From Fidelibacterota bacterium (GTDB taxonomy: Bacteria > Fidelibacterota > Marinisomatia > Marinisomatales > S15-B10), in contig JBHIAI010000020.1 in assembly GCA_046861655.1 (NCBI GenBank), positions 1-20,314 on the forward strand: 20,314 nucleotides of DNA, given 5' to 3'. Below the pieces are notes generated by a model. That model saw only the letters and a program-made list of their open reading frames with translations. It had not been told where the DNA came from and ran no database searches. Made by a program: the position numbers and the translations under genes. Shown piece by piece: positions 8,920-18,509 of this stretch (within the stretch, counting starts at the first letter, position 1; each line of letters begins with the position of its first letter).

Positions 8920-9861
8920 ATGGGATTCCTGAAAGAAAAGCACCTTCTTGGGCTGGCCCGGATCCCGGCGGAAGATATCCGGAGTATTCTCGATACCGCG
9001 TTTACCTTCAGGGAAGTCCTGGAACGCCCCATCAAGAAAGTCCCGACTCTCCAGGGGAAGACCGTCGTCAATCTATTCCTTGAACCCTCCACGCGGACGA
9101 GGATTTCCTTCGAACTTGCCCAGAAAAGACTGTCGGCCGATACGGTGAACTTTTCCGTCAACACCAGCAGCATCGTCAAGGGGGAAAGTTTCAAGGACAC
9201 CGCCCGGAATATCGAGGCCATGAAAGTAGACTGTATCGTTATGCGCCACCCCGTGCCCGGGGCCCCGGTTCATCTGACCCGATTCGTCAGGGCCGTGGTC
9301 ATCAACGCCGGCGACGGGGGACACGAACATCCCACCCAGGCCCTTCTCGACCTCATGAGCCTCCGGGAAAGGTTCGGGGAAATAAGGGGCCTGAAGGTGG
9401 CCATTATCGGGGATATTGCCCACAGCCGGGTGGCCCGTTCAAACATTATCGGACTGAAAAAGCTGGGAGCCCAGGTCCTTCTGTGTGGTCCCCCCACCCT
9501 CATGCCGATCGCAGTCCAGCAACTGGGGGTGGAGGTAGAGTACCGTTTGGAGAAGGTGTTGAACTGGGCCGACGCCATCAACGTCCTCAGAATCCAGAGA
9601 GAACGCCAGGGAGTATGCTTTTTCCCGTCCGTTCGCGAATACCGGGACCTGTTCGGAATCACCCGGGAACGGATCGAGAAACTGTCCAGACCTATCACCA
9701 TCATGCATCCCGGTCCCATGAACCGGGGAGTGGAGATTGACGGCGATGTGGCAGATAGTGACAATGCCATCATTCTGGAGCAGGTGCTGAACGGCGTGGC
9801 GGTCAGGATGTCCGTTCTGTACTTGCTCCTGGGGGACAAACCCCCCGGGGCAGAAGATTAA
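8920..9861 (+). CDS. pyrB: Aspartate carbamoyltransferase catalytic subunit
   Basis: EPSTRTRISFE, KGES, NAGDGGHEHPTQALLD, GDIAHSRVARS, RIQRER and HPGPMNRGVEI. Confidence 0.97.
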   Translation: MGFLKEKHLLGLARIPAEDIRSILDTAFTFREVLERPIKKVPTLQGKTVVNLFLEPSTRTRISFELAQKRLSADTVNFSVNTSSIVKGESFKDTARNIEAMKVDCIVMRHPVPGAPVHLTRFVRAVVINAGDGGHEHPTQALLDLMSLRERFGEIRGLKVAIIGDIAHSRVARSNIIGLKKLGAQVLLCGPPTLMPIAVQQLGVEVEYRLEKVLNWADAINVLRIQRERQGVCFFPSVREYRDLFGITRERIEKLSRPITIMHPGPMNRGVEIDGDVADSDNAIILEQVLNGVAVRMSVLYLLLGDKPPGAED

Positions 9862-9874
9862 CAGGCGGAGCAGA

Positions 9875-11197
9875 ATGACAGGCAACAAGACCCTTCAGGT
9901 TACTTCCCTGCCCCGCCACAGCCTGATCCGGAACGCCGTCATCCTGGATCCGGTTTCAGGGACGGAATTTCCCGGAGAGATCCGCCTGAAGAATGGCAGG
10001 ATCGTTGAAGTAGGGGAAAAAGTACAAACTGACGGTGCCCGGGAACTGGACATGGGGGGAAAGATCGTCACCCATGGGTTTTGCGATATCCACGCTCATT
10101 TCAGGGAACCGGGCCGGGAGGACAAAGAGACCCTGGAAACGGGGGCCAGGGCGGCCCTTGCCGGAGGATTCACCACGGTGTGCGTCATGCCAAACACAAA
10201 TCCTCCTCTGGATCGACCCGAATCCATCCGGTTTGTGGTGGAAAAATCACAGGACCTGCCCGTAAGAATTCATCCCATCGGGGCCATCACAGTGGGACTG
10301 AAAGGAACGGAACTTACGGAAATGGGGGCCATGGTAAGAGAGGGAGCGGTGGCGTTTTCTGACGACGGAGTACCCGTCATGGACGGCGGAGTCATGAAAA
10401 GGGCTCTGGAATATGCCAGGCCTCTGGGGGTACCCCTCATCAACCATTCTGAAGACCTGGCGCTCAAAGGGGACGGGCAGATGAACGAAGGAGAATGGTC
10501 CACCCGCCTTGGCATGGCAGGGATTTCCGATGTGAGTGAGTCGGTGATGGTGGCCCGCGATGTACAACTCGCGGAATACACCGGGGGACGGCTACACGTA
10601 CCCCATTTGAGCAGTCGGAAAACGTTGACATGGATCGAGCACGCAAGGGCAGTGGGTGCCCATGTCACAGCCGAGGTCACGCCCCATCATCTCACCTTCA
10701 ATCACTCTGCCCTGGAATCGTTCAACACGGACCTCAAAGTGGCACCTCCCGTAAGGAGTGAAAAGGATCGCCAGGCCCTCATCAAAGCTCTAAAAGAGGG
10801 AACCATTGACTGTATCGCAACCGACCATGCGCCCCATACGGTGGAGGAGAAAGAATCTCCCTTCGATTGGGCGCCCTGGGGGATGATTGGCCTCGAAACC
10901 GCCTTTGGAGCCGCCTGGAAGGTGTTAAGCGCTGAATCCGTCCCCCTGGCGGAACTTATCCGCTTTCTCACGGTGAAGCCCCGGACCGTCATGGGGTTCG
11001 AGCCCAACCTGTTCCAGGAGGGGATAAGAGCCGAGCTCACCGTCCTCGATCCAGATGTTGAATGGTCGTTTTCACGGGATGACATTTACTCCAAATCGAG
11101 GAACACCCCCTTTGTGGGGGAAACTCTGAAGGGAAGGATCCTTACCGTCATTTCCCGGGGGAAGTTGTTTTCATTCGCACGGGAGGCGAACCCCTAG
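9875..11197 (+). CDS. pyrC: Dihydroorotase (class I)
   Basis: DIHAHFREPG, GGFTTVCVMPNTNP, EVTPHH, ATDHAPH and SKSRNTPF. Confidence 0.95.
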   Translation: MTGNKTLQVTSLPRHSLIRNAVILDPVSGTEFPGEIRLKNGRIVEVGEKVQTDGARELDMGGKIVTHGFCDIHAHFREPGREDKETLETGARAALAGGFTTVCVMPNTNPPLDRPESIRFVVEKSQDLPVRIHPIGAITVGLKGTELTEMGAMVREGAVAFSDDGVPVMDGGVMKRALEYARPLGVPLINHSEDLALKGDGQMNEGEWSTRLGMAGISDVSESVMVARDVQLAEYTGGRLHVPHLSSRKTLTWIEHARAVGAHVTAEVTPHHLTFNHSALESFNTDLKVAPPVRSEKDRQALIKALKEGTIDCIATDHAPHTVEEKESPFDWAPWGMIGLETAFGAAWKVLSAESVPLAELIRFLTVKPRTVMGFEPNLFQEGIRAELTVLDPDVEWSFSRDDIYSKSRNTPFVGETLKGRILTVISRGKLFSFAREANP

Positions 11198-11216
11198 GAT
11201 ACCGTGGGGAAAAGGG

Positions 11217-11245
11217 TTGTTTGACTGGGGGAGTGGGGGTAAATT
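11217..11245 (+). promoter_or_regulatory. Putative sigma70 promoter for the rplM operon
   Basis: TTGTTT-N17-TAAATT, 28 nt before the rplM ATG. Confidence 0.45.
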
Positions 11246-11273
11246 TCCACACTTTGCTCGGTGAAAAAAACGG

Positions 11274-11702
11274 ATGAAAACCACATTCGTAAAGCAGTCG
11301 GAAATCGATAAGCGCTGGTACGTCGCTGACGCTTCCGGTCAGACCCTGGGCCGCTTTGCTTCGCGAATAGCCCAGATTCTCAGGGGAAAGCACAAACCCG
11401 ATTTCACCCCTCACATGGACATGGGGGATTTTGTCATCGTTGTCAACGCCGGCAAGATCCGTGTATCGGGTAAGAAACTGACCGACAAGACCTATTTTCG
11501 CCATTCCGGTTATCCCGGAGGGGCAAGATTCAAGGACCTCAAGACCCTGCTAAAATCTCATCCGGAGCGGGTGGTGAGGCAGGCCGTGAAAGGGATGCTG
11601 CCTCAGAATCGTTTGGGCAGGGCCATGTTGAGACACCTGAAGGTCTATCCGGGTCCGGACCATCCCCACCAGGCCCAGAGTCCGGAGGAATTGGAGATCT
11701 AG
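11274..11702 (+). CDS. rplM: 50S ribosomal protein L13
   Basis: [42 protein letters not shown] and HPHQAQ. Confidence 0.98.
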   Translation: MKTTFVKQSEIDKRWYVADASGQTLGRFASRIAQILRGKHKPDFTPHMDMGDFVIVVNAGKIRVSGKKLTDKTYFRHSGYPGGARFKDLKTLLKSHPERVVRQAVKGMLPQNRLGRAMLRHLKVYPGPDHPHQAQSPEELEI

Positions 11703-11704
11703 GT

Positions 11705-12100
11705 ATGGCAGATATCCCCGTATACGCTGCTGTTGGACGGCGAAAATCATCGGTGGCCCGTGTCCGGTTGACTCCTGGCAAGGGAAACATCACGGTGAAC
11801 AGGAACAATCATGAGGAATACTTCGGCCGTTTGTCCCAGAGAACCCTGTTGGCAGAGCCCCTTACGCTCCTGAACGTGAACAAGGAGTATGATGTGTATG
11901 CCAATGTGAAAGGGGGCGGGTTGACAGGGCAGGCGGGGGCGATCCGGCACGGGATCGCCCGGGCTCTTGTGCAGGTGGATTCCGGGTTCAAGCCGGTTCT
12001 CAAGAAGGCCGGGTTATTGACCCGCGATCCCAGGGTGAAGGAAAGAAAGAAATACGGTCTGCGGGGGGCGCGGAGAGCCTTCCAGTTTTCCAAGAGATAG
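11705..12100 (+). CDS. rpsI: 30S ribosomal protein S9
   Basis: [43 protein letters not shown] and C-terminal QFSKR. Confidence 0.98.
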   Translation: MADIPVYAAVGRRKSSVARVRLTPGKGNITVNRNNHEEYFGRLSQRTLLAEPLTLLNVNKEYDVYANVKGGGLTGQAGAIRHGIARALVQVDSGFKPVLKKAGLLTRDPRVKERKKYGLRGARRAFQFSKR

Positions 12101-12109
12101 CGAATAGCC

Positions 12110-12922
12110 GTGAACGTATCCTTCGATGATCTGCTGAGTACAGGCGCCCATTTCGGCCACCTCACCCGGAACTGGCACCCCAATTACCAACCCTACATCT
12201 TGATGGCCAAGAACGGCATCCACATTATCAATCTTGAGGAAACCCTGAGGGGCCTGGAAAGTGCACTGGACTTCCTGCGCAACCTGACCGGCGATGGTTC
12301 GGAAATCCTTTTTGTGGGGACGAAGAAGAACGCCAGGACCATCGTTCAGGAGGAGGCCGACAAGTGCGGAATGTTCTACATCGTGGAGCGATGGCTCGGC
12401 GGTACCCTCACCAATTTTACCACCATCAGGAAGAGCATCAAGCGTCTCCAGCTTCTGGAGAAGGAATCGAGTCCTTTGTATGAGAATGCCACCAAGAAAG
12501 AGGCCCTGGCTCTGGAACGGGAGATGATCAGGCTTCAGGATCTCCACCGGGGAATCAAGGATATGAAGCGTCTTCCCGACGCTATTTTTGTGGTGGATGC
12601 CAATCATGAATCCATCGCTATCCGGGAGGCTCGAAGGCTTAACATCCCCGTTGTGGCTATCGTGGACACCAATTCCGATCCCGAGCAGGTGGACTATCCC
12701 ATTCCCTGCAACGATGACTCCATCCGGGCCATCAAGCTGATCGTAGGCGAGGTGGCCAGGGCCGTTTGCGAAGCCAGATCCACGCCCTATCCCGAAGACG
12801 GGGTGGTACTGGGCAAACCGGAGGCGGAAGCCGCTCCAGAGTCGGAAACTGAAGCTCCGAAGGCGGTTGAGGAAGAGACCGGTGAAGAAAAGAAAGAGAG
12901 CGAGAAGACAGATGGCGATTGA
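12110..12922 (+). CDS. rpsB: 30S ribosomal protein S2
   Basis: GAHFGH, FVGTK, RWLGGTLTNF, VDTNSDP and NDDSIRAI; acidic C-terminal tail. Confidence 0.98.
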   Translation: MNVSFDDLLSTGAHFGHLTRNWHPNYQPYILMAKNGIHIINLEETLRGLESALDFLRNLTGDGSEILFVGTKKNARTIVQEEADKCGMFYIVERWLGGTLTNFTTIRKSIKRLQLLEKESSPLYENATKKEALALEREMIRLQDLHRGIKDMKRLPDAIFVVDANHESIAIREARRLNIPVVAIVDTNSDPEQVDYPIPCNDDSIRAIKLIVGEVARAVCEARSTPYPEDGVVLGKPEAEAAPESETEAPKAVEEETGEEKKESEKTDGD

Positions 12923-13532
12923 TGCGATGAAGGTGAAGGCTCTCCGGGAACGCACCGGTGCAGGTATCATGGATTGCAAGGAAGCTCTGGTGGCCACAGA
13001 TGGCAATATGGACAGAGCCGTGGAGGTCCTGCGCAAGAGGGGGATCGCCAAAGCGGACAAGAAACTGGGTCGCAGAGCGGATCAGGGGGTGGCCATTTCT
13101 TACGTGCATCCTGGGAACCGAATAGGAGTTCTGGTCGAGGTGAACTGCGAAACTGATTTCGTGGCGAAGACGGACGATTTCCTTCGCTTCGCCAGGGATA
13201 TGGCCATGCAGATCGCCGCCACCAATCCCCTTGCCGTGTCCCGGGACGCTATCGATTCTGATGTGATAGATCGAGAAAGGGAGATCTACAAGGAGCAGGC
13301 CCTCTCCATGGGGAATAAACCCGATACTATCATTGAGAAGATCGTGAACGGTAAAGTGGAGAAATTCTACCAGGAGAACTGCCTTCTGGAACAGCCATTC
13401 ATCAAGGATCACGAGAAGTCCGTCCAGGACGTTCTAACCGAGACCATCGCCAGTTTGGGAGAGAATATCACCATAGCCCGTTTTGCCCGCTTCGAAGTCG
13501 GGGAGAATTCATCTCCCGACGGAGAGGCCTAA
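12912..13532 (+). CDS. tsf: Elongation factor Ts (short form, 206 aa)
   Basis: VKALRERTGAGIMDCKEAL, EVNCETDFVA, LLEQPFIKD and ARFEVGE. Start moved to ATG 12912. Confidence 0.97.
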   Translation: MAIDAMKVKALRERTGAGIMDCKEALVATDGNMDRAVEVLRKRGIAKADKKLGRRADQGVAISYVHPGNRIGVLVEVNCETDFVAKTDDFLRFARDMAMQIAATNPLAVSRDAIDSDVIDREREIYKEQALSMGNKPDTIIEKIVNGKVEKFYQENCLLEQPFIKDHEKSVQDVLTETIASLGENITIARFARFEVGENSSPDGEA

Positions 13533-13554
13533 CTCCGACCCCTTACTAGCTTCC

Positions 13555-14274
13555 ATGCCTAAGCCACCGTTCGGCAGGATACTGCTCAAACTGAGCGGTG
13601 AAATCCTGGCCGGGGCTCGCCATTTTGGTGTGGATCCCACCAGGGCCAAGGGGCTGGCCCAGGAAATCAGTTCGGCCCGGGATCTGGGCGTTCAGATGGC
13701 CGTCGTCATCGGTGGGGGCAACATCATCCGGGGAAACAAAGCCGCTGCCCGGGGGATGGACAGGGTATCCGCCGACTACCTGGGAATGCTGGCCACCATC
13801 ATCAACGCCATCACCCTTCAGGATGCCCTGGAAGAAGAGGGGTGTGACGTTCGCACCCTCACAGCCATCAATATTTCCCAGCTGGCCGAACCGTACATTC
13901 GCCGCCGGGCACTCCGTCATCTTCAGAAGGGGAGGGTGATCATCATTGCGGGGGGGACGGGAAATCCTTATTTTAGTACGGACACCGCTGCCGCCCTGAG
14001 GGCTACGGAAATCGAGGCGGATGTGGTCTTGAAGGGGACCAAAGTTGACGGTGTATACGACCGGGACCCAAAAACTTCCCATGGCGCGAAGAGGTATGAG
14101 GAATTGACCTTTCAGAAAGTCATCGAAGATGGTCTGAAGGTCATGGACCTTACCGCGGTTACCCTGTGCAAGGAGAACAATCTTCCTATCATCGTGTTTG
14201 ACATCAACGTGGAAGGAAACCTGGTCAGGATTCTGTCCGGTGAAAAAGTGGGGACCCTGGTGCGGGGGACATGA
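13555..14274 (+). CDS. pyrH: UMP kinase
   Basis: LLKLSGE, VIGGGNI, DYLGMLATIINA, GTGNPYFSTDTAAALRA and KVDGVY. Start moved to ATG 13555. Confidence 0.97.
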   Translation: MPKPPFGRILLKLSGEILAGARHFGVDPTRAKGLAQEISSARDLGVQMAVVIGGGNIIRGNKAAARGMDRVSADYLGMLATIINAITLQDALEEEGCDVRTLTAINISQLAEPYIRRRALRHLQKGRVIIIAGGTGNPYFSTDTAAALRATEIEADVVLKGTKVDGVYDRDPKTSHGAKRYEELTFQKVIEDGLKVMDLTAVTLCKENNLPIIVFDINVEGNLVRILSGEKVGTLVRGT

Positions 14275-14834
14275 AGGACGTCCGGAAATTCTATGACGAC
14301 GCAAAGCAGCGTATGGAAGCGGCCGTGGAGCATTGCCGCCATGAACTGGCCATGATCCGGACGGGCCGGGCCTCACCCGCCCTTCTGGATGGAGTGAAAG
14401 TTCCCTATTACGGGTCGCCCACCCCCCTAAAATCCCTGGCAAACGTCCTGGCCCAGGAGGCCCGCCTCCTGGTGGTTCAACCGTATGACAAAAACCTTAT
14501 CTACGATATGGAGAGGGCCATTCAGGCAGCCGATCTGGGGCTTAATCCCTCCAACGACGGAACGGTGATCCGCATTCCCATCCCTCCGCTCACAGAGGAA
14601 AGGCGGAAGGAACTGGTACGGTTCGTCCATAATCTGGTTGAAGAGGGAAGGATCTCGGTGAGAAATGTGAGAAAGGACATCAACAATCAACTCCGGGAAC
14701 TGGAGAGGTCTCACGATCTGTCTGAAGATGCCCTCCACCTGGCCCAGGACGAAGTCCAGAAAGTAACTGACGGCTACATTCAAGATTTGACCAAACTTCT
14801 GGAGAATAAGGAGAGGGAGATCCTGGAGGAATAG
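14271..14834 (+). CDS. frr: Ribosome recycling factor
   Basis: IRTGRASPALLD, DLGLNPSNDG, IPPLTEERRKEL and KEREIL. Confidence 0.97.
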   Translation: MKDVRKFYDDAKQRMEAAVEHCRHELAMIRTGRASPALLDGVKVPYYGSPTPLKSLANVLAQEARLLVVQPYDKNLIYDMERAIQAADLGLNPSNDGTVIRIPIPPLTEERRKELVRFVHNLVEEGRISVRNVRKDINNQLRELERSHDLSEDALHLAQDEVQKVTDGYIQDLTKLLENKEREILEE

Positions 14835-14842
14835 GCTTCTCT

Positions 14843-15699
14843 TTAAAGGGTCTCCCGGGCCCACAGGAACAGCAACTGCTGGACAAGACCCGCCTGGGGC
14901 CCCCATTTTTCCCTTGCCCACCGGCTGAAGTCCTCCGGTGACCTTCTTGAGCGGGAAGGCCACCGGGATTGAAGGGCCCTCATCACCCACACGTCCACCG
15001 GAAAGGCCTCCATTCTGCCGAAACCGAAAAGAAGGACGCATTCCGCTATTTTGGGACCGACGCCGGGAAAAGACATCAGCCACTTTCTCAGATCGTCGTC
15101 CTCCAGGATCGACTGATCTCTGAGGTCTATCCTCTCCAGAGTTAAGAGTCTGCACGTTTCAGCGATGGCAGCGGCCCGGTAGCCGAACCCCATATTCCTG
15201 AGCTCCCTTTCAGGTTCTTTCAGACCGGCGATGGTCCGGGCTGAGGGAAGGGAGCAGTAGTCCGTTTCCCCGATCGGGACCCCCAGTTTTCGGCGAAGGA
15301 CGGCCAGGTTTCCCCGGGTTCGATTCATGGTGGACATCCCTGAGGACATGAAAGAGATCAGGCACTCGTAGGGGTCCTGTGTCAAGAACACCAGGCCCCG
15401 GTAGATCCTGAATAAAGAAGCCAGAAACGGGTCGTCTTCCAGGAAAGTGGGAATGGACGTACCGTGTTGGTCGACCCCCATGATACTCCTGATTTCTTCC
15501 CTGTTTAAGGGGAGTCCTTCCACCTGAATTCGGAGGGAGGTGGGGGAGGAAGTTGTCACCCGGAGCAAGCTCTTCCTGTGGAACAGGATGTATTGGCTTT
15601 CGCCGGGAATCCTTTCCCAGGTCAGGAGCTGACCGCTTCGCAGGGTCAGTTCAATGTCAACTGGAGACGGGTATCTAAGGAGCGTAGTGTGGGGGTCAG
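14843..15699 (-). CDS. 8-oxoguanine DNA glycosylase (OGG1-like, HhH-GPD); start unresolved
   Basis: QDPYECLISF, GFGYRA, HhH PGVGPKIAECVLLF (catalytic K) and FPVDVW (catalytic D). The frame extends upstream of TTG 15568 and encodes DIELTLRSGQLLTW, resembling the OGG N-terminal motif. Confidence 0.85.
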
Positions 15700-18146
15700 T
15701 CGCAGGTGGAATACCCGCAGCTGGGGCAGGTCACACACCCGTTGTCGTGGATCATGGTACTGCCGCAGTCGGGGCAGGTGGATATGATTTTGGGGTTGTG
15801 TGACGTCTCGCCGGCGGCCAGGTTTGAATCGTCCTCCAGAGTGAACCGGGTGCCGCCGGAGGACTTGTTGGCCTGCAGTTCACTGTCGCCATATTCATCG
15901 CCCCCGTCCAGGTATTCCTCCAGGGCCTTCCCGATGGCATCGGGAGTGGAAAGGATGAGCTGTCCATTTTCCCAGGTGGGGTAGGGACCGCTGATGCCTT
16001 TGAGTTGTTTTACCACCTCCCTGGGATTGATACCCGATCGCAGAGCGAGGGAAATGAGACGGCTGATGGCTTCAGACTGGGCGGCGGCGTTGCCGCCGGC
16101 TTTTCCGATGGTGGTAAAAACCTCGCACAGTCCACGTTCGTCCTTGTTGATGGTGATGTACAGGGATCCCTCCCCCGTGCGTACGCGTTTGGTCACCCCG
16201 TAGGTTTCCCCGGGACGAATCCTGGGCTTTCTCGGGGATCCCCCAGTTTTCCGGACCGGCCGGTCCAGCTCTTTCTCCCGGGAACCGGCGTTGAAGATGT
16301 CCTCAGCCGGCATCACCGGTTCGTCGGAGATCAGGATGCCTTCCCGGGCGTTCTCCCGGTAGACGGTTATTCCTTTCAGTCCGGCCTTATAGGCTGTGAG
16401 GTAAATGTCGGCCACGGTCTCCGGGGAGACATCGGAAGCCAGATTGACAGTGGAACTGATGGAGCTATCCACGTACTTCTGGATGGCTCCCTGCATTTTC
16501 ACCCGGAAATAGGGATCGATATCGTGAGCCGTGACCACGTAACCTGGAAGGTCTTTGTCCGTTCCGAAGAGCTTCTTCACGATGGGATGGTAGACCTTGT
16601 ATTCCTTGAACGTGTTTCCGTACCCGTCGTTGTTTTTCACCCGGCGGGTGTAGGAGAGCTGGAAAATCGGTTCGATACCGGAGGTCACCCGGGCCACAAT
16701 CGCCCCGCTGCCAGTGGGAGGGACCGTCATCAGGGTAGCGTTCCGTGTCCCGTGCTTGCGGATTTTCTCCCGGAGGGTTTCCGGCAGGTTCTTTACAAAA
16801 CCGCTTCGGGAGTACCCCTCCCATTGAAAATTGGGAAAGGGACCCTTTTCTTTTGCGAGGTCAATGGAGGTCTCATAAGCCGTATCGCGCATGATTGTAC
16901 AGATAGAATCGACCACCTCCAGGGCTTCATCGCTGTCATAGGGAATCTTCATCTTCACGAACATGTCCCCCAGACCCAGGAGTCCCAGTCCCACCCGGCG
17001 GTCGTTCATGGCGTTCTCTTTTTGCACCGGGAGAGCGTGGCGGTCCATGTTATAGTCCACGACGTTATCCATGAACCGCGTGGCGATAGCCACACACTCC
17101 CGGAAGGCATCTTTCTGGAAATTGCCGTCCTCGTCCACGAACCGCTCAAGATTCACGGAACCCAGGTTGCAGCACCCGCCGTCGGGCAGGGGTTGCTCGG
17201 CACAGGGGTTCGTGGAGATGAGGGGACTGCAGTATTCGGCGTTGTGAAAATCCTTCATGGTGTCCCAGAAGATGATCCCCGGTTCGGCGCTGGCGTGGGC
17301 CGCGTTGATGATCTTATCCCAGAGATCCCGGGCCCGCACTTTCCTGTAAACTTTTCCTCCCCATTTCAACTCAAAATCGCCGTCATTCTCAGTGGCCCCC
17401 ATGAACTCATGGGTCAAAAGCACAGAAATGTTGGAATATTTCACCATGTTCAGATCCCGTTTGATATCGATGAATTTTTCGATATCGGGATGATCCACCC
17501 TCAGGGTCTGCATGTTCGCTCCCCGGCGTCCATGCTGGGCGATGGTGTTGGTGTTTTCGCTGAAGAGATTCATGAACCCCGTGGGTCCGCACGACTCTCC
17601 TCCTGTCCCTTCGATAGGCGATCCGCTGGGGCGGAGCCCGGAGAGATCATGTCCGCATCCTCCTCCGTACTTGTAGGTCAGGGCCTCTTCCTGGATGGCC
17701 TGGTAAATGGCCTGGATCGAATCATCCCTGATAGCCACCACGTAGCAGTTGTTCAGGGTGGAGGTGATGTCCTCCCGTCCCGCGCCGTGCATGATCCTGC
17801 CGCCGGGAACGAACCGGAAATCCTCCAGGATGGAAAAGAATCTCTGGTACCAGATTTCCTCCTCCTTCTCCACAGAAGCCATGGCTTTGGCGATCCGCTT
17901 CCACATGTCGTAGGGGCCCTTTTCCCAGGGGGCCAGGTATTTGTTGTTAAGAACTTCTCTCCCCAGATCATCTTCTTCGTAGTATTTCTCAAGACTGTAC
18001 TCCTCGGGTGTGGACTCACCCAGGACTTCCGGCAGGTGGGTGGTGGGTCGCCGCTTTTCCTCCCGGATGACCTTTGGGATGACCCGTTCCGAGGATGTCT
18101 CACCTGAGCCTGGAATCGGTATTTCAAACTGGAATGCTTCAGCCAT
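15696..18146 (-). CDS. nrdJ: Class II (adenosylcobalamin-dependent) ribonucleotide reductase with TSCPD-like domain and C-terminal zinc ribbon
   Basis: PGGRI, NNCYV, RRGANM, TNPCAEQPL, CNLGS, PPTGS, SGIEP, ISSTVNL, KGITVYR; ISRLISLALRSG; CPDC..CPSC. No ATP-cone or intein seen. Confidence 0.93.
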   Translation of the reverse strand: MAEAFQFEIPIPGSGETSSERVIPKVIREEKRRPTTHLPEVLGESTPEEYSLEKYYEEDDLGREVLNNKYLAPWEKGPYDMWKRIAKAMASVEKEEEIWYQRFFSILEDFRFVPGGRIMHGAGREDITSTLNNCYVVAIRDDSIQAIYQAIQEEALTYKYGGGCGHDLSGLRPSGSPIEGTGGESCGPTGFMNLFSENTNTIAQHGRRGANMQTLRVDHPDIEKFIDIKRDLNMVKYSNISVLLTHEFMGATENDGDFELKWGGKVYRKVRARDLWDKIINAAHASAEPGIIFWDTMKDFHNAEYCSPLISTNPCAEQPLPDGGCCNLGSVNLERFVDEDGNFQKDAFRECVAIATRFMDNVVDYNMDRHALPVQKENAMNDRRVGLGLLGLGDMFVKMKIPYDSDEALEVVDSICTIMRDTAYETSIDLAKEKGPFPNFQWEGYSRSGFVKNLPETLREKIRKHGTRNATLMTVPPTGSGAIVARVTSGIEPIFQLSYTRRVKNNDGYGNTFKEYKVYHPIVKKLFGTDKDLPGYVVTAHDIDPYFRVKMQGAIQKYVDSSISSTVNLASDVSPETVADIYLTAYKAGLKGITVYRENAREGILISDEPVMPAEDIFNAGSREKELDRPVRKTGGSPRKPRIRPGETYGVTKRVRTGEGSLYITINKDERGLCEVFTTIGKAGGNAAAQSEAISRLISLALRSGINPREVVKQLKGISGPYPTWENGQLILSTPDAIGKALEEYLDGGDEYGDSELQANKSSGGTRFTLEDDSNLAAGETSHNPKIISTCPDCGSTMIHDNGCVTCPSCGYSTCD

Positions 18147-18234
18147 AACAGACCCCCAGAATCTATGAAACGGTGTTGGCGTAACGCCAGGAAGTAGTCG
18201 GCAAGAGGCGGTCGTCCCGCGAGTTGGCTCTGAG

Positions 18235-18263
18235 AATATAGACGCCGGATTTCAGACAGTCAA
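18235..18263 (-). promoter_or_regulatory. Putative sigma70 promoter for nrdJ-ogg
   Basis: Minus strand reads TTGACT-N17-TATATT, about 90 nt upstream of the nrdJ ATG. Confidence 0.7.
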
Positions 18264-18335
18264 GACTTAAAGAAGGGTCTTTTTCACTTTTTGGCACGTG
18301 GCGGTATTTTTCATCAAATGGGCGTACAATACTGC

Positions 18336-18377
18336 TGTCACTGCGAGTCCCGAAGCTTCGGGAGACCGTGGGGATCC
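18336..18377. repeat. REP-like element with a perfect 16-bp palindrome
   Basis: tgtcactgcgag-tcccgaagcttcggga-gaccgtggggatcc; palindrome at 18348-18363. Confidence 0.55.
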
Positions 18378-18460
18378 TTCTCACTCTAAGGGAGAAGCTT
18401 TCATGTTTTCTTCACCTTGTTTATTGAGGGAGAGGGCATTGGACCGGTTCCGTATTCCCC

Positions 18461-18509
18461 CGTATTACGCACTACGCATCACGCATTACGCATTACGAAT
18501 CACGCATTT
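18461..18509. repeat. Degenerate heptamer tandem repeat, 7 units, consensus CGCATTA
   Basis: cgtatta cgcacta cgcatca cgcatta cgcatta cgaatca cgcattt. Confidence 0.92.

Noticed and set aside
12014..14442. Long minus-strand ORFs (348, 226 and 298 aa) over rpsB, tsf and pyrH
   Set aside because: Antisense to conserved essential genes; no domain signal.
16005..18107. 700-aa plus-strand ORF
   Set aside because: Antisense shadow of nrdJ with no recognisable motifs; expected from GC-rich codon bias.
18147..18234. Cobalamin riboswitch or NrdR box before nrdJ
   Set aside because: The leader is too short, lacks the B12-box motifs, and shows no match to the NrdR palindrome.
18461..18509. Possible CRISPR array
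   Set aside because: Contiguous 7-nt units with no spacers and no cas genes.
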